Source of the DNA: an uncultured bacterium
Lineage (GTDB): Bacteria > Chloroflexota > UBA5177 > JANWHV01
Length of the DNA: 64,000 bases
Assembly (NCBI GenBank): GCA_963827235.1
Contig: CAWHAE010000016.1
Location: 352,001-416,000 of the forward strand
Direction: 5' to 3'
Position numbers and translations under genes: made by a program
The notes under the pieces: generated by a model
Database searches by the model: none
Told to the model about the DNA's origin: nothing
Seen by the model: the letters and a program-made list of their open reading frames with translations, nothing else
Part shown: positions 20,263 to 29,360 of the stretch, piece by piece
Layout of the letters: each line of letters starts with the position of its first letter
Numbering within the stretch: the first letter of the stretch is position 1

Positions 20263-21327
20263 TCAGTTATTCTTAGCGCCCTGGTCTATCCACTTGGCAA
20301 TGGTGTCGATCTCGGTCGACGTGAGGTACGGTCCACCCAGGGGCATGCGATTGCCACCCGGCTGCCCGGTACCGGGCTGCACGATCTCCCACAAGATGCT
20401 GTCCTTGTGATCGCCCGCCTTGAACACGGCACCCGGAACCACGGATCCCCCGGCTTGGAGGCCGGCGTACGATGCCAGGCTGAGACCGCCGAACTTCTGG
20501 CTGATGTGGCAGGCGCTGCAATGGGCGGCGAAGATGGTTTGCACGTCGCTCTTGAACGACACCTGCCCAATTGGCCCGGCGGCAGCGCTTTGCTGCTGCT
20601 TGATCCAGGTCTTGAACTGTGCAGCGGGCAGCACGTAGAGATTCGCGCGCATGTACGCGTGGCCCGGGCCACACAGCTCGGCGCAGATCAGATGATAGGT
20701 GCCAGCGCGCGTCGTCTTGAAGTGCATGGACGTCGGGTACCCTGGTACGGCATCCTGCTTCACGCGGAACTCCGGCACCCAGAATGAGTGGATGACGTCG
20801 GTCGAGTGCAGGTCAATGGTGACGTCCTGCTCGAGAGGAAGGTGGCAAGAGTTCGCCTCGATGATCGGCGGCTTGGTCTCCGGATGCTCGCACACCCACT
20901 GATATTGAGCCGCCGTCACATTGATCACATAGGCGTCCTTGTGGTTGGCGATAATGTCCGAGTACACCTTGTAGCAGATACCCGTCAACACGACGAGAAA
21001 GATCGCGGGAATGACCGACCAGATGATCTCAAGGCGGGTGTTGCCATGAATGTCCGACCCTAACGCTTCCGGATCGTCACCCGGGCGGCGCCGATACTTG
21101 AGCACGAAGTAGAGCAGGAAGCCCTCGACGATCAGGAATACCGCGACCGCGGCCACCGACATGAACTTGAAGATGAAGTCGATCTCCTGCGCATGGTCGG
21201 TTGCTTCCGGTAAAGCACCAGAGATCGGAGTGGCGATGATCCACCAGCTCACGGCAATCCAGATGACGAGAAGGATGGCAGAAACTCGAGCCAAGCTCAT
21301 AGTCGTGACGTGACCTCTCTCCGACAC
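20263..21327 (-). CDS. ctaC: Cytochrome c oxidase subunit II with C-terminal c-type cytochrome domain
   Basis: LEIIWSVIP, DVIHSFW, CuA motif CAELCGPGHAYM, heme c motif CSACH..RMP. Start may be ATG 21300. Confidence 0.95.
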   Translation of the reverse strand: MSERGHVTTMSLARVSAILLVIWIAVSWWIIATPISGALPEATDHAQEIDFIFKFMSVAAVAVFLIVEGFLLYFVLKYRRRPGDDPEALGSDIHGNTRLEIIWSVIPAIFLVVLTGICYKVYSDIIANHKDAYVINVTAAQYQWVCEHPETKPPIIEANSCHLPLEQDVTIDLHSTDVIHSFWVPEFRVKQDAVPGYPTSMHFKTTRAGTYHLICAELCGPGHAYMRANLYVLPAAQFKTWIKQQQSAAAGPIGQVSFKSDVQTIFAAHCSACHISQKFGGLSLASYAGLQAGGSVVPGAVFKAGDHKDSILWEIVQPGTGQPGGNRMPLGGPYLTSTEIDTIAKWIDQGAKNN

Positions 21328-21737
21328 GGAACGTTGCGACGAACAACGCTCATCGACGACAAGATCGGATGCCGGCTACCGGCAAGCTGCATGCGCGGCG
21401 GTCCGCGACTGGGGCTTCCGCGAACCTGGTGGCGGCTGCCGGTACGGCAAGTACCTTGCCGTCAGGCACACCTCACTCACAAAGGAAGAGTAGCCTCTCG
21501 CCCGTCGCTGCCGCGCCCCCTGCCGGCTCATCACCGTAGAACGCATGTCCCGCGCGATTGGCTCGGAGCGCTGAGCGCCGATCTCAACCCTGTGCTGCCT
21601 GGGAATATCCTACCTGCGCCCGGCACAGTAGTCAAATAATAGACAGGATATACTGCCTTTACTCGAAAACACGAGCCCGGCAGTTGGACGTGTACGGAAT
21701 GCTTGCGGATCGATCCTGGGTGGCGTAGCATTGCCAC

Positions 21738-22709
21738 ATGAATCGCATGGACCGCCTCTTTGCGCTCGTCCTGCAGTTGCAGGCGCGCGGAATGGCCAGG
21801 GCGTCCGACCTTGCCAGAGCCGTGAACGTGAGCCAGCGGACGGTCTATCGCGACGTGCAGACGCTTTGCTATGCCGGGGTGCCCATAGCCTCCCTTCCGG
21901 GACAGGGATACGCGCTGCCGGCCGACTACTTTCTGCCGCCCCTTCTTTTCACCGGACTCGAAGCCGGAGCGCTGGCACTGGGAGCAGAGCACGTTTCGCG
22001 GACGCTCGATGCTCCGTTTCGCTCCGCGGCGGGATCTGCTCGGGCAAAGCTCGGCAACGCGCTCACGGCCGAAGGTCGTCGCGATCTGCGCGCCGTCGAG
22101 GATGGCTTCGCCAGTGGCACTCCAGATCCAGCGCCGGCCCATCAAAGCCTTCACGAGCTTCGAGAGGCCATTGTCGAGCGGCGCGCACTGCGCATCGCCT
22201 ACCACGCCTTTGGGCGAGCTCGAGCCGAAGAGCGTGAGGTCGAGCCTTATGGACTGGTACACTTCGGGCAGGCGTGGCAGTTGTTGGCGTTTTGCCGGCA
22301 GCGCCAGGCACCGCACATGTTTCGACTCGATCGGATAGACCAGGTAGAGATGCTCGACGAACAGTTCGTGCCCGGCGAGAGGACGGGTCGCCAGGACTAT
22401 GCTCCAAGCACCGCCGGACGCGCCGAGATCGTCGAGGTGCGCGTAGCCGGCAAGGCACTGCGCTCGCTGTTGCAGAACCGACCATCGGGCTCGGTCATCA
22501 AGCGCAGCGAGGGTCCGTTCACGGTCCTCAGCTTCGACGTCACCGATCCGGAGCACCTGCTTCGCTGGCTACTGCAGTGGGCCGGTGAGGTAGAGGTTCT
22601 GGCGCCGCCGAGCCTTCGCCGCCGTGTCGCGGCCATGGGCGAACTGATCACGGCCGCACATTCCGGCAACGAATCGACCACCAACCGGAATCTGCTCGAC
22701 ATCGGATGA
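21738..22709 (+). CDS. YafY-family HTH-WYL-WCX transcriptional regulator
   Basis: MNRMDRL, VSQRTVYRDV HTH, REVEPYGL..WQLLAFC..FRLDRI, VEVLAPPSLR. Confidence 0.93.
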   Translation: MNRMDRLFALVLQLQARGMARASDLARAVNVSQRTVYRDVQTLCYAGVPIASLPGQGYALPADYFLPPLLFTGLEAGALALGAEHVSRTLDAPFRSAAGSARAKLGNALTAEGRRDLRAVEDGFASGTPDPAPAHQSLHELREAIVERRALRIAYHAFGRARAEEREVEPYGLVHFGQAWQLLAFCRQRQAPHMFRLDRIDQVEMLDEQFVPGERTGRQDYAPSTAGRAEIVEVRVAGKALRSLLQNRPSGSVIKRSEGPFTVLSFDVTDPEHLLRWLLQWAGEVEVLAPPSLRRRVAAMGELITAAHSGNESTTNRNLLDIG

Positions 22710-23654
22710 GCGGCGATAGCCATCGAGGACGCTTCGCGCCGAGTCCGACCGGGCCTCTCCATCTCGGCAATCTGCGCACTGCACTGCTTGCCTGGCTGTT
22801 CGCTCGCGCGGCGGAAGCGGCCTTCGTGATTCGCATGGACGACCTGGATGGTCCGCGCACGCGGCCGGGATGCTGCGAGGCAATCCTCTCCGATCTGCGG
22901 TGGCTCGGCCTCGACTGGGACGAGGGACCCGACACCGGTGGTCCATATGCACCGTATGTGCAGAGCCAGCGGAGAGATCTCTACCTGGAGCACTTCGACC
23001 GTCTCCTGGCTTCGGGCGCGGTCTACCCCTGCTATTGCAGCCGGAAGGACATCGCCCAGGCGGCTAGCGCGCCGCAGGGGCCGCGCAGCGGCGAGGGCTA
23101 CCCAGGCACTTGCAGGGATCCGGACGAACGTGCCAGGCAGCAGGCACGGCACGGTGCACGCCCGCCGTCCTATCGTTTCAGGGTGGAGTCGCAGTCCATC
23201 GAAGTAATGGACGGTGTCCTCGGCTTGGTTCGACACCAGTTGACGGGTCCGGCGGATGACTTCGTGATCTGGAGGTCGGAAGGAGCAGCTGCCTATCAGC
23301 TGGCGACGGTGGTCGACGATTCGACGATGCAGATGGGCGAGGTCGTGCGGGGCGACGATCTGCAACGAGTCCACGGCGCTGCAGGTCTTGCTCTATCGCG
23401 CCCTCGGGTATCGACCGCCGGCCTTCTCGCACGTGCCGCTGTGGTATGACCTGAATGGAGAGAGGCTGGCAAAGCGCGCGGGCTCGGCGGGACTGCAGCA
23501 GTTGCGCGCGGCTGGCGCGGACGCGGAGGGAATAGTGGGCAGGTTGGCAGCCAGCTGCGGTCTGGTCGATCTGGGAACGCGCTGCACTGCTCGCCAGCTT
23601 CTTGGCATTATCAGCAGGCCGCTGCTGCGAACGGTGCGCAATGTGCTTCTGTGA
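22706..23654 (+). CDS. gluQ: tRNA glutamyl-Q(34) synthetase GluQRS, frameshift near 23365
   Basis: GRFAPSPTGPLHLGN, CYCSR..YPGTC, AYQLATVVDD, VRGDDL, then in the shifted frame HVPL..RLAKR; no anticodon-binding domain. Confidence 0.9.
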
Positions 23655-23732
23655 GTATCAGGTGAGCGACGCGTACGGGCTCACAGGCTGGGCGCAACAC
23701 CACGCGGCGTGTGAGTCGTGGGGAGAGGTCTC

Positions 23733-23846
23733 GTGTTGATCGCCGCGTCCGGCCAGCACACCCTGTCATCACCCGTGGTGGTGATCATGGTCGCCTTCAT
23801 TCTGGGCATCGCCGCGCTTGCAATCTGGTACGGGCGCACCCGATGA
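23733..23846 (+). CDS. Small (37 aa) single-TM membrane protein
   Basis: GGGGAGAGG RBS; MLIAASGQHTLSSPVVVIMVAFILGIAALAIWYGRTR*. Confidence 0.5.
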   Translation: MLIAASGQHTLSSPVVVIMVAFILGIAALAIWYGRTR

Positions 23847-23900
23847 CCAGGTCACCATCGGGCCGGACGACGCGACGCGATGAGAGTTGGCTGATCGTCT

Positions 23901-24287
23901 TGCCCCAACCAAGCGTATAAGCCGAGTTCTGTACCCCGACCGAGGTCGAGGCGACGACCATCTCTCTAGGACGCCGGTTACCCGGCGCCTCAAGCAACCA
24001 ACCCGGAAGCTGGGAGGAGCCATCCCCGAGCAACCCCAGGCTGCTCTGCTCCCTGTTCGGTCTTGCTCCAGGTGGGGTTTACCGCGGCCAGACGGTCACC
24101 CGCCTGCCGGTGAGCTCTTACCTCACCATTTCACCCTTGCCCGGCCAGAAGGCCGTCGGCGGTATGTTTCTGTGGCACTTTCCTTGAGGTCACCCTCACT
24201 GGGCGTTACCCAGCACCTTGGCTCTCCGGAGCTCGGACTTTCCTCGCGCGGCCAAGCCGCCCGCGGTCGTCCCGCCTGGTTGAGGCA
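23901..24287 (-). ncRNA. rnpB: RNase P RNA (class A)
   Basis: GAGGAAAGTCCGAGCTCC near the 5' end, ACAGAACTCGGCTTAT near the 3' end, P1 CCTCAACCAGG/CTTGGTTGGGG; promoter TTGACC-17-TAGCCT at 24322-24294. Confidence 0.96.
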
Positions 24288-24383
24288 CAGTACAGGCTAG
24301 CACTGCCGGCAGCGGCGGTCAACCATGCATAGACCGCGGCAGGGCGGCTCGGGTCGCGGATGCGCTGAGCGTCGGTCGGCAGA

Positions 24384-27302
24384 CTAGAGGTCGGCCCGCG
24401 GCAAGCTGAAGCTGAACTCGCTCCCCTGGCCCACTACGCTGTTCACGGAGATCCACCCGTTCATCTGCTCCACCAACTGCTTGGCAATGAACAACCCCAG
24501 GCCGGTGCCCACGTGTCCCGCTCGAATCACCTGGTCGATCTTGCCGAATCGAGTGAACAGGCGCGGCTGATCCTGCGGCCGAATCCCCGGGCCATGATCC
24601 ACCACTGAGAACACCACGGCATCCGGCAGCACCGTGCACCGCACCGAGATTTCGAGACCCTCGGGCGAGTACTTGACCCCGTTGTCCATCAGGTTCACGA
24701 GCACCTGTTGCACGCGATCCGCGTCCGCGAGCACCATGGGCAGCGGCTCCGGCACGTCGAGCACAATGATTTGGCCGCGATACTTCTGCTTGATCTCCTG
24801 CACAGCGGAGCTTATCAGGTCGGCCAGATGAACCCGCCGGATGGTGAGGGGCAACGTACCGCCTTCGACGCGAGAGACAAATAGCAAGTCCTGCACGAGG
24901 CGCTGCAGCCGCTTGCTCGCTCCGTAAATGCGATCCAGATAATGGTGCTTGCGGTCGTCGTCGAGCTGACCCCAGTACGTGAGCAACGTCTCCACGAAGC
25001 CCTTGATGCCGGTCAGCGGCGTGCGCAGCTCGTGAGATACCGTCGACACGAAGTCCGTCCGCAGCTGGTCCAGCTCTTCCAGTCGCTTCTTCGCCTCGTG
25101 CTCGCGGGCGTAGATACGCGCGTTCCGCACGGCAAAGCTTACCTGCCGGGCAAACTGGGAGAGCGAGTCAGCTTCCACCATCGTGTAAGCACCCGATTCG
25201 ACACTGAAGAGATCCATGAACACTACGTAGTCGTCGTCGTTGAGAAGCGGCACGCCGATCCAGGAGCGCAGAGACTCGTATCCCAGAATCGGCCGCCACA
25301 GCGGCTCCCGAGCCGTGTCGCTAACCACGATGGCAGAGTCCGATGCAATCATCTGGCCCAGCAGCGGCTCGGCCAGGGCCCCGGCTCCATAGAGCTGCTC
25401 CTCGGAGAGCACTCCCTGCCGCGTCAGAGTGACGGCAGCCTCAATATTCCCCCGGCTCACCACATGGACCGCGGACAGGTCGCTCTCGAGCACTGATCCC
25501 GCGTAGTGCAGCACCTGCCTCATGACGTCGCCCAGCTCAAGCGTCGAGCCGAGGGAGTGCGTCATGGTCTGCTGCAGCTCGGCCAACTCGCGGCGTCGAA
25601 GCTCCAGGGCATACAAGCGCCCACGCTCAATAGCTACCGCGGCCTGGTTCGCGAACGCCTGCAGCAACTCCTGGTGCTCGCTCACGAAATAGCGGGACAC
25701 GTCTGCGCCGGTCGCGAGCACTCCGATGACTTCTCCGCTCGCGATCAGGGGCAGCAGCAATGCCGATTTCAGGTGCGCTGAGCGAATGAGGTCAGGAAGA
25801 GCCGGTAGGCCGAGCAGCTCCAGGTCCTCCACAAGCTCCGGTTTGCCGAGCAGCGCGCAGCGCCCCAGAAGTCCTTCGCCCGGCCGGATGGAGGCCGGCT
25901 GGCGCTCTCCATTGGTCAAGCCGGATCCCGCCACAAACTCAAGCAGCCCGGACTTCTGGTCGATCAGATAGATCAAGCACAACGTGCTTCTGGTCAGCTG
26001 CACCGCCGCGGCGGCGATCGTGCGCAGCATCCCACCAAGGTCCAGAGACGAGCTCATCATCTGGCCGGTGCGATAGAGCGTGCTCAGTTGCTCGGCTCGG
26101 GCAGTCGCGTCGGCCAGGAGCTGCGCGTTCGCCAACGCCACGCTCACCAGCTCCCGCACGCCCACGGCCACGTCGAAGTCGCGCTTGCGAAATCGGTGAC
26201 TGTTCTCGGTCCAGAACACGGCGAGAGCATCGCCTGGCCGGTTCGCGAGGTTCAGCGGAATGATCATGGCCGAGCGCAGGCCACGGGCCTGCACCAGCCG
26301 CTCAGGAAGCACGCGAGCAATCTCCTCCACCTCGAGAGCGGCAGGCGATTCGCCCCGTAGCGTCGGCATGAGGTCTTCTACCTTGCCGGGCGAGAGCTTG
26401 ACCTCCGTCAGGGAAGTCAGCTTGCCGTCCGACGCTGCCGGCTCCAGCATGCGCAGCTCCACGCGCTTGACGTCGAGGTAGAGCAGGCCGGCACACTGAC
26501 CGCCAAAGAGCCCGGGTAGGACCTGCAACGTGCGTTCCACAAGCTGGTCTATGTCCGACGTGCCAATCGCGCTTGCAACGGTGAGCAATGACGAGGAGAG
26601 AGCCATTGATTCGCGTTGCAGCCAATACAGCTGGATGTTCTCAATGAACGTTGAGCCCTGCCGGGCAAGTAGCTCGAGCGCCGCGCGCGTGGAGGTACCG
26701 AGCCTGGCGGTGGAGGCACGCTTTCCCGCCACGCAGAAGCCGATTGTGCCCTGTCCCGGTGCTTCGAGCGTCGTCACGTACAGCCTGCGCTTCTCTCGTA
26801 CGGCCGGCGCGGAGCCGCGCGCCGTCAGCCCATCCGCTGGAGAGGCCGGCAGGCTGGCAAACAACGGCGCGAAACAGGCTGCAACCTCGCGGTCCTCGAG
26901 CAGGCTGTCCGGCTCTGCGAGCACTGCCTCACCGCCGGCGTGGAACGAACGCTGGGTAGCCCTATCGTAGACACGCTTCGGGATGGAGACGGCGAGCACT
27001 TCCGGCCACGCGTCTGCCGCCACACCGAACATCGCTTCCGCATAGAAGGCGTCATCGGAGGCATCAAAGAAGTAGACCACCGCGAAGTTGAAGCCGCCGA
27101 TGTCCGCGTAGAGCGCAGCCAGTCTCTGGGAGAAGCCGTCGAGACTTGTTTCCGGGCCAACGTTCCGGCTCAGGGCAAGTACCCGGCGCAAGAGTCTGGC
27201 AGGCAGGTCGACCTCTATCTCAGCAGGCGGGTCGTCCCCCACCGGTTCAGAGGAGTCCTGACCAGGCCAATTCTGCTTACGCGCAATGTGTGCTATGCTC
27301 AT
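24384..27302 (-). CDS. Soluble multi-GAF sensor histidine kinase
   Basis: About four GAF-like repeats (LELLARQ, VALANAQL, FANQAAVAIE, FARQVSFAVRNA); SHELRTPL H box; NLMDNGVKYS, DHGPGI, GTGLGL. Confidence 0.92.
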   Translation of the reverse strand: MSIAHIARKQNWPGQDSSEPVGDDPPAEIEVDLPARLLRRVLALSRNVGPETSLDGFSQRLAALYADIGGFNFAVVYFFDASDDAFYAEAMFGVAADAWPEVLAVSIPKRVYDRATQRSFHAGGEAVLAEPDSLLEDREVAACFAPLFASLPASPADGLTARGSAPAVREKRRLYVTTLEAPGQGTIGFCVAGKRASTARLGTSTRAALELLARQGSTFIENIQLYWLQRESMALSSSLLTVASAIGTSDIDQLVERTLQVLPGLFGGQCAGLLYLDVKRVELRMLEPAASDGKLTSLTEVKLSPGKVEDLMPTLRGESPAALEVEEIARVLPERLVQARGLRSAMIIPLNLANRPGDALAVFWTENSHRFRKRDFDVAVGVRELVSVALANAQLLADATARAEQLSTLYRTGQMMSSSLDLGGMLRTIAAAAVQLTRSTLCLIYLIDQKSGLLEFVAGSGLTNGERQPASIRPGEGLLGRCALLGKPELVEDLELLGLPALPDLIRSAHLKSALLLPLIASGEVIGVLATGADVSRYFVSEHQELLQAFANQAAVAIERGRLYALELRRRELAELQQTMTHSLGSTLELGDVMRQVLHYAGSVLESDLSAVHVVSRGNIEAAVTLTRQGVLSEEQLYGAGALAEPLLGQMIASDSAIVVSDTAREPLWRPILGYESLRSWIGVPLLNDDDYVVFMDLFSVESGAYTMVEADSLSQFARQVSFAVRNARIYAREHEAKKRLEELDQLRTDFVSTVSHELRTPLTGIKGFVETLLTYWGQLDDDRKHHYLDRIYGASKRLQRLVQDLLFVSRVEGGTLPLTIRRVHLADLISSAVQEIKQKYRGQIIVLDVPEPLPMVLADADRVQQVLVNLMDNGVKYSPEGLEISVRCTVLPDAVVFSVVDHGPGIRPQDQPRLFTRFGKIDQVIRAGHVGTGLGLFIAKQLVEQMNGWISVNSVVGQGSEFSFSLPRADL

Positions 27303-27637
27303 GGCGTCCCTGGAGGCAACAAGCTGGGATCTACACGCTGGAGCACCGCCGCCACTCCCGCGCTTCAGCCCCACACTTCACGAAGCTGAGCGCCGCACCA
27401 GGCACCCCCTGCTCAGCTTACCAATCGAGTCTGTCGCTCCGACCTGGCGGCGCACCAGCAGAACATGCCCGCCACACCGCACCCAGGCTGGCTGCCAGGA
27501 AATATCGGAATCGCCCAGCCGTTCATCCCCGTGGGATAATGCCATCTGGCGCCCGTTCAAGCATAGCACAGGTTAACTCACTGTTCAGCAGAACTGTGCA
27601 TCTCCGAGATCGTCGGGGACAGTCGCTCTTGAGCGCT

Positions 27638-28366
27638 TTAGCGATGCTCCGCCCGTATGGTCAGCGAGTGCAAATACGCGCCGAGCGTATCAATCGATCC
27701 AGAACCGTCAACATCGACCAGCAGGCCATCCACGCCCAGGTGTTCACACGCGGCTGCCGCGCCGGGCGGCAGGCCGGGGCCAGCATGCATCATCAACGGC
27801 TTCTTCATGATCTCGCTCAAGGCACGAACCCGCACTGCATCCACGTACGTGTACTCAGACAGGGCACCCGCCGCCGGCTCGACCAGGACGGCGTCGACCG
27901 CGAGGCCGTTCACTCCTTGCGCCAAGTGAAGATCGAGCTCGAACGGGACAGTCAGTACGCGCGCCGGTTTCTCCCACTGCATCGACGAGATGACGCCGCC
28001 AAGCGGCAGACGAACCCAATCGGCTCCCGCTTCCTGTGCGATGGCTGCCGTGGAGGCGTCCGCATCGAGCGGAAGGCAAACACCCCACGGTACGCTCAGC
28101 CGTCCGGCAAGCAGGCTCAGCTTTCGCGCGTCACTACCGTTCGCCCAGCGGATCTCGACGCCGTCAGCACCGGCCTGAACCGCGGCAGCGATGCTGTCCT
28201 GGTCTATCTGCGAGAACGCCGCGACCAGTGCCGCCACCCGCCTGGCAACCGTAGGCGGCTGTCTGAATCCGAAGCCGGCTCCCCCATGCGACCGCGCGTA
28301 TGATCGCATGATCTCCACCAGTCGGCTCGGCCTGTGACTCTGCTCGACTGCCGAAAACGTGCCCAT
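27638..28366 (-). CDS. Hypothetical TIM-barrel-like protein (possibly HpcH/aldolase-related)
   Basis: Repeated beta-alpha units AGADGV, AGADWV, VDAVLV, GVDGLLV; N-terminal GFGFR. Confidence 0.6.
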   Translation of the reverse strand: MGTFSAVEQSHRPSRLVEIMRSYARSHGGAGFGFRQPPTVARRVAALVAAFSQIDQDSIAAAVQAGADGVEIRWANGSDARKLSLLAGRLSVPWGVCLPLDADASTAAIAQEAGADWVRLPLGGVISSMQWEKPARVLTVPFELDLHLAQGVNGLAVDAVLVEPAAGALSEYTYVDAVRVRALSEIMKKPLMMHAGPGLPPGAAAACEHLGVDGLLVDVDGSGSIDTLGAYLHSLTIRAEHR

Positions 28367-28661
28367 GACTATCTCTCCAGTCTCAATTACGGTCGCGGGT
28401 GCCCTGCGCAGAGCCGGGAACGGACACCAGCTAGGCCGACTCCCGGCGCGCAACCGGGGCCACCTTAATCCATGTTCCTCTTCACTGCTGCCGGCCGCGG
28501 TTCACGCAGGCCGGCAGCCGCATCGCGGCAGATCCGCGACGCCGGCTTGGCACTGGCCCGGATTGCCACGCTTCGGCCCCGGCCGATTGATCCCGTTAGC
28601 CGGCTTCCCATGCACGGCGTATCCTGAAATGACCGGACATCGGAACGGAAGTCTCACACGG

Positions 28662-29360
28662 ATGAGGGTACCTGATACTCCTGAACCTGAGCAGAGCGAC
28701 GACCCGGGCGAGAGGTTGCTCCGACTGCTGCACGCCCTGGAGCCTCTGAAACACCCGCCCCGCACCGGATGGGTTGATCGCGAGATCGAGACGCCGGAGT
28801 CTGTCGCCGCGCACTGCTGGCGACTGGCGATAGCCAGTTGGCTGGTGGCCGACCACGAACATCTGGACGCGAGCAGAGCGCTGCGCATCGCCTTGGTTCA
28901 CGACGTCGCCGAGACGATCACCGGAGATCACACCCCTTTCGACGCGGTAGCGGTGACTGCGGCAGAGCGACGAGCTCTCTCGATCGCGCCGCCGGAGCCC
29001 GATCCGCGGGCCGCCGAGGAGAGGCGTGAAGCCAAGACGACCGAGGAACGGGCCGCTATGGAGCGACTGCTGGCCGACGTCGGCGCCAACCTCGCGAGGC
29101 CCATCATGGAAACCTGGGAAGAATACGCCGCCGGTGCCACGCCTGAGGCGCGCCTCGTGCACCAGCTGGACAAGGTCGAGGCGTACCTGCAAGGTCGCGA
29201 GTACGCTCTCGATGGCAGGCTGGCGGACGCGAGCACGCTCAACTCATTTCGACGGGACGTCACATTGGCAGTTCGAGAGCCGATTCCTGCCGCCATCCTC
29301 CGGGCCCTGGAGCGCTGGAGCGAGGAGGACGGACCGCCGGCAGTGTCTACACCGGAGTAG
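28662..29360 (+). CDS. HD-domain hydrolase (YfbR/HDDC2-like 5'-deoxynucleotidase)
   Basis: LKHPPRTGW, ESVAAH, LVHDVAETITGD, WEEY, EARLVHQLDKVE. Confidence 0.9.
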   Translation: MRVPDTPEPEQSDDPGERLLRLLHALEPLKHPPRTGWVDREIETPESVAAHCWRLAIASWLVADHEHLDASRALRIALVHDVAETITGDHTPFDAVAVTAAERRALSIAPPEPDPRAAEERREAKTTEERAAMERLLADVGANLARPIMETWEEYAAGATPEARLVHQLDKVEAYLQGREYALDGRLADASTLNSFRRDVTLAVREPIPAAILRALERWSEEDGPPAVSTPE

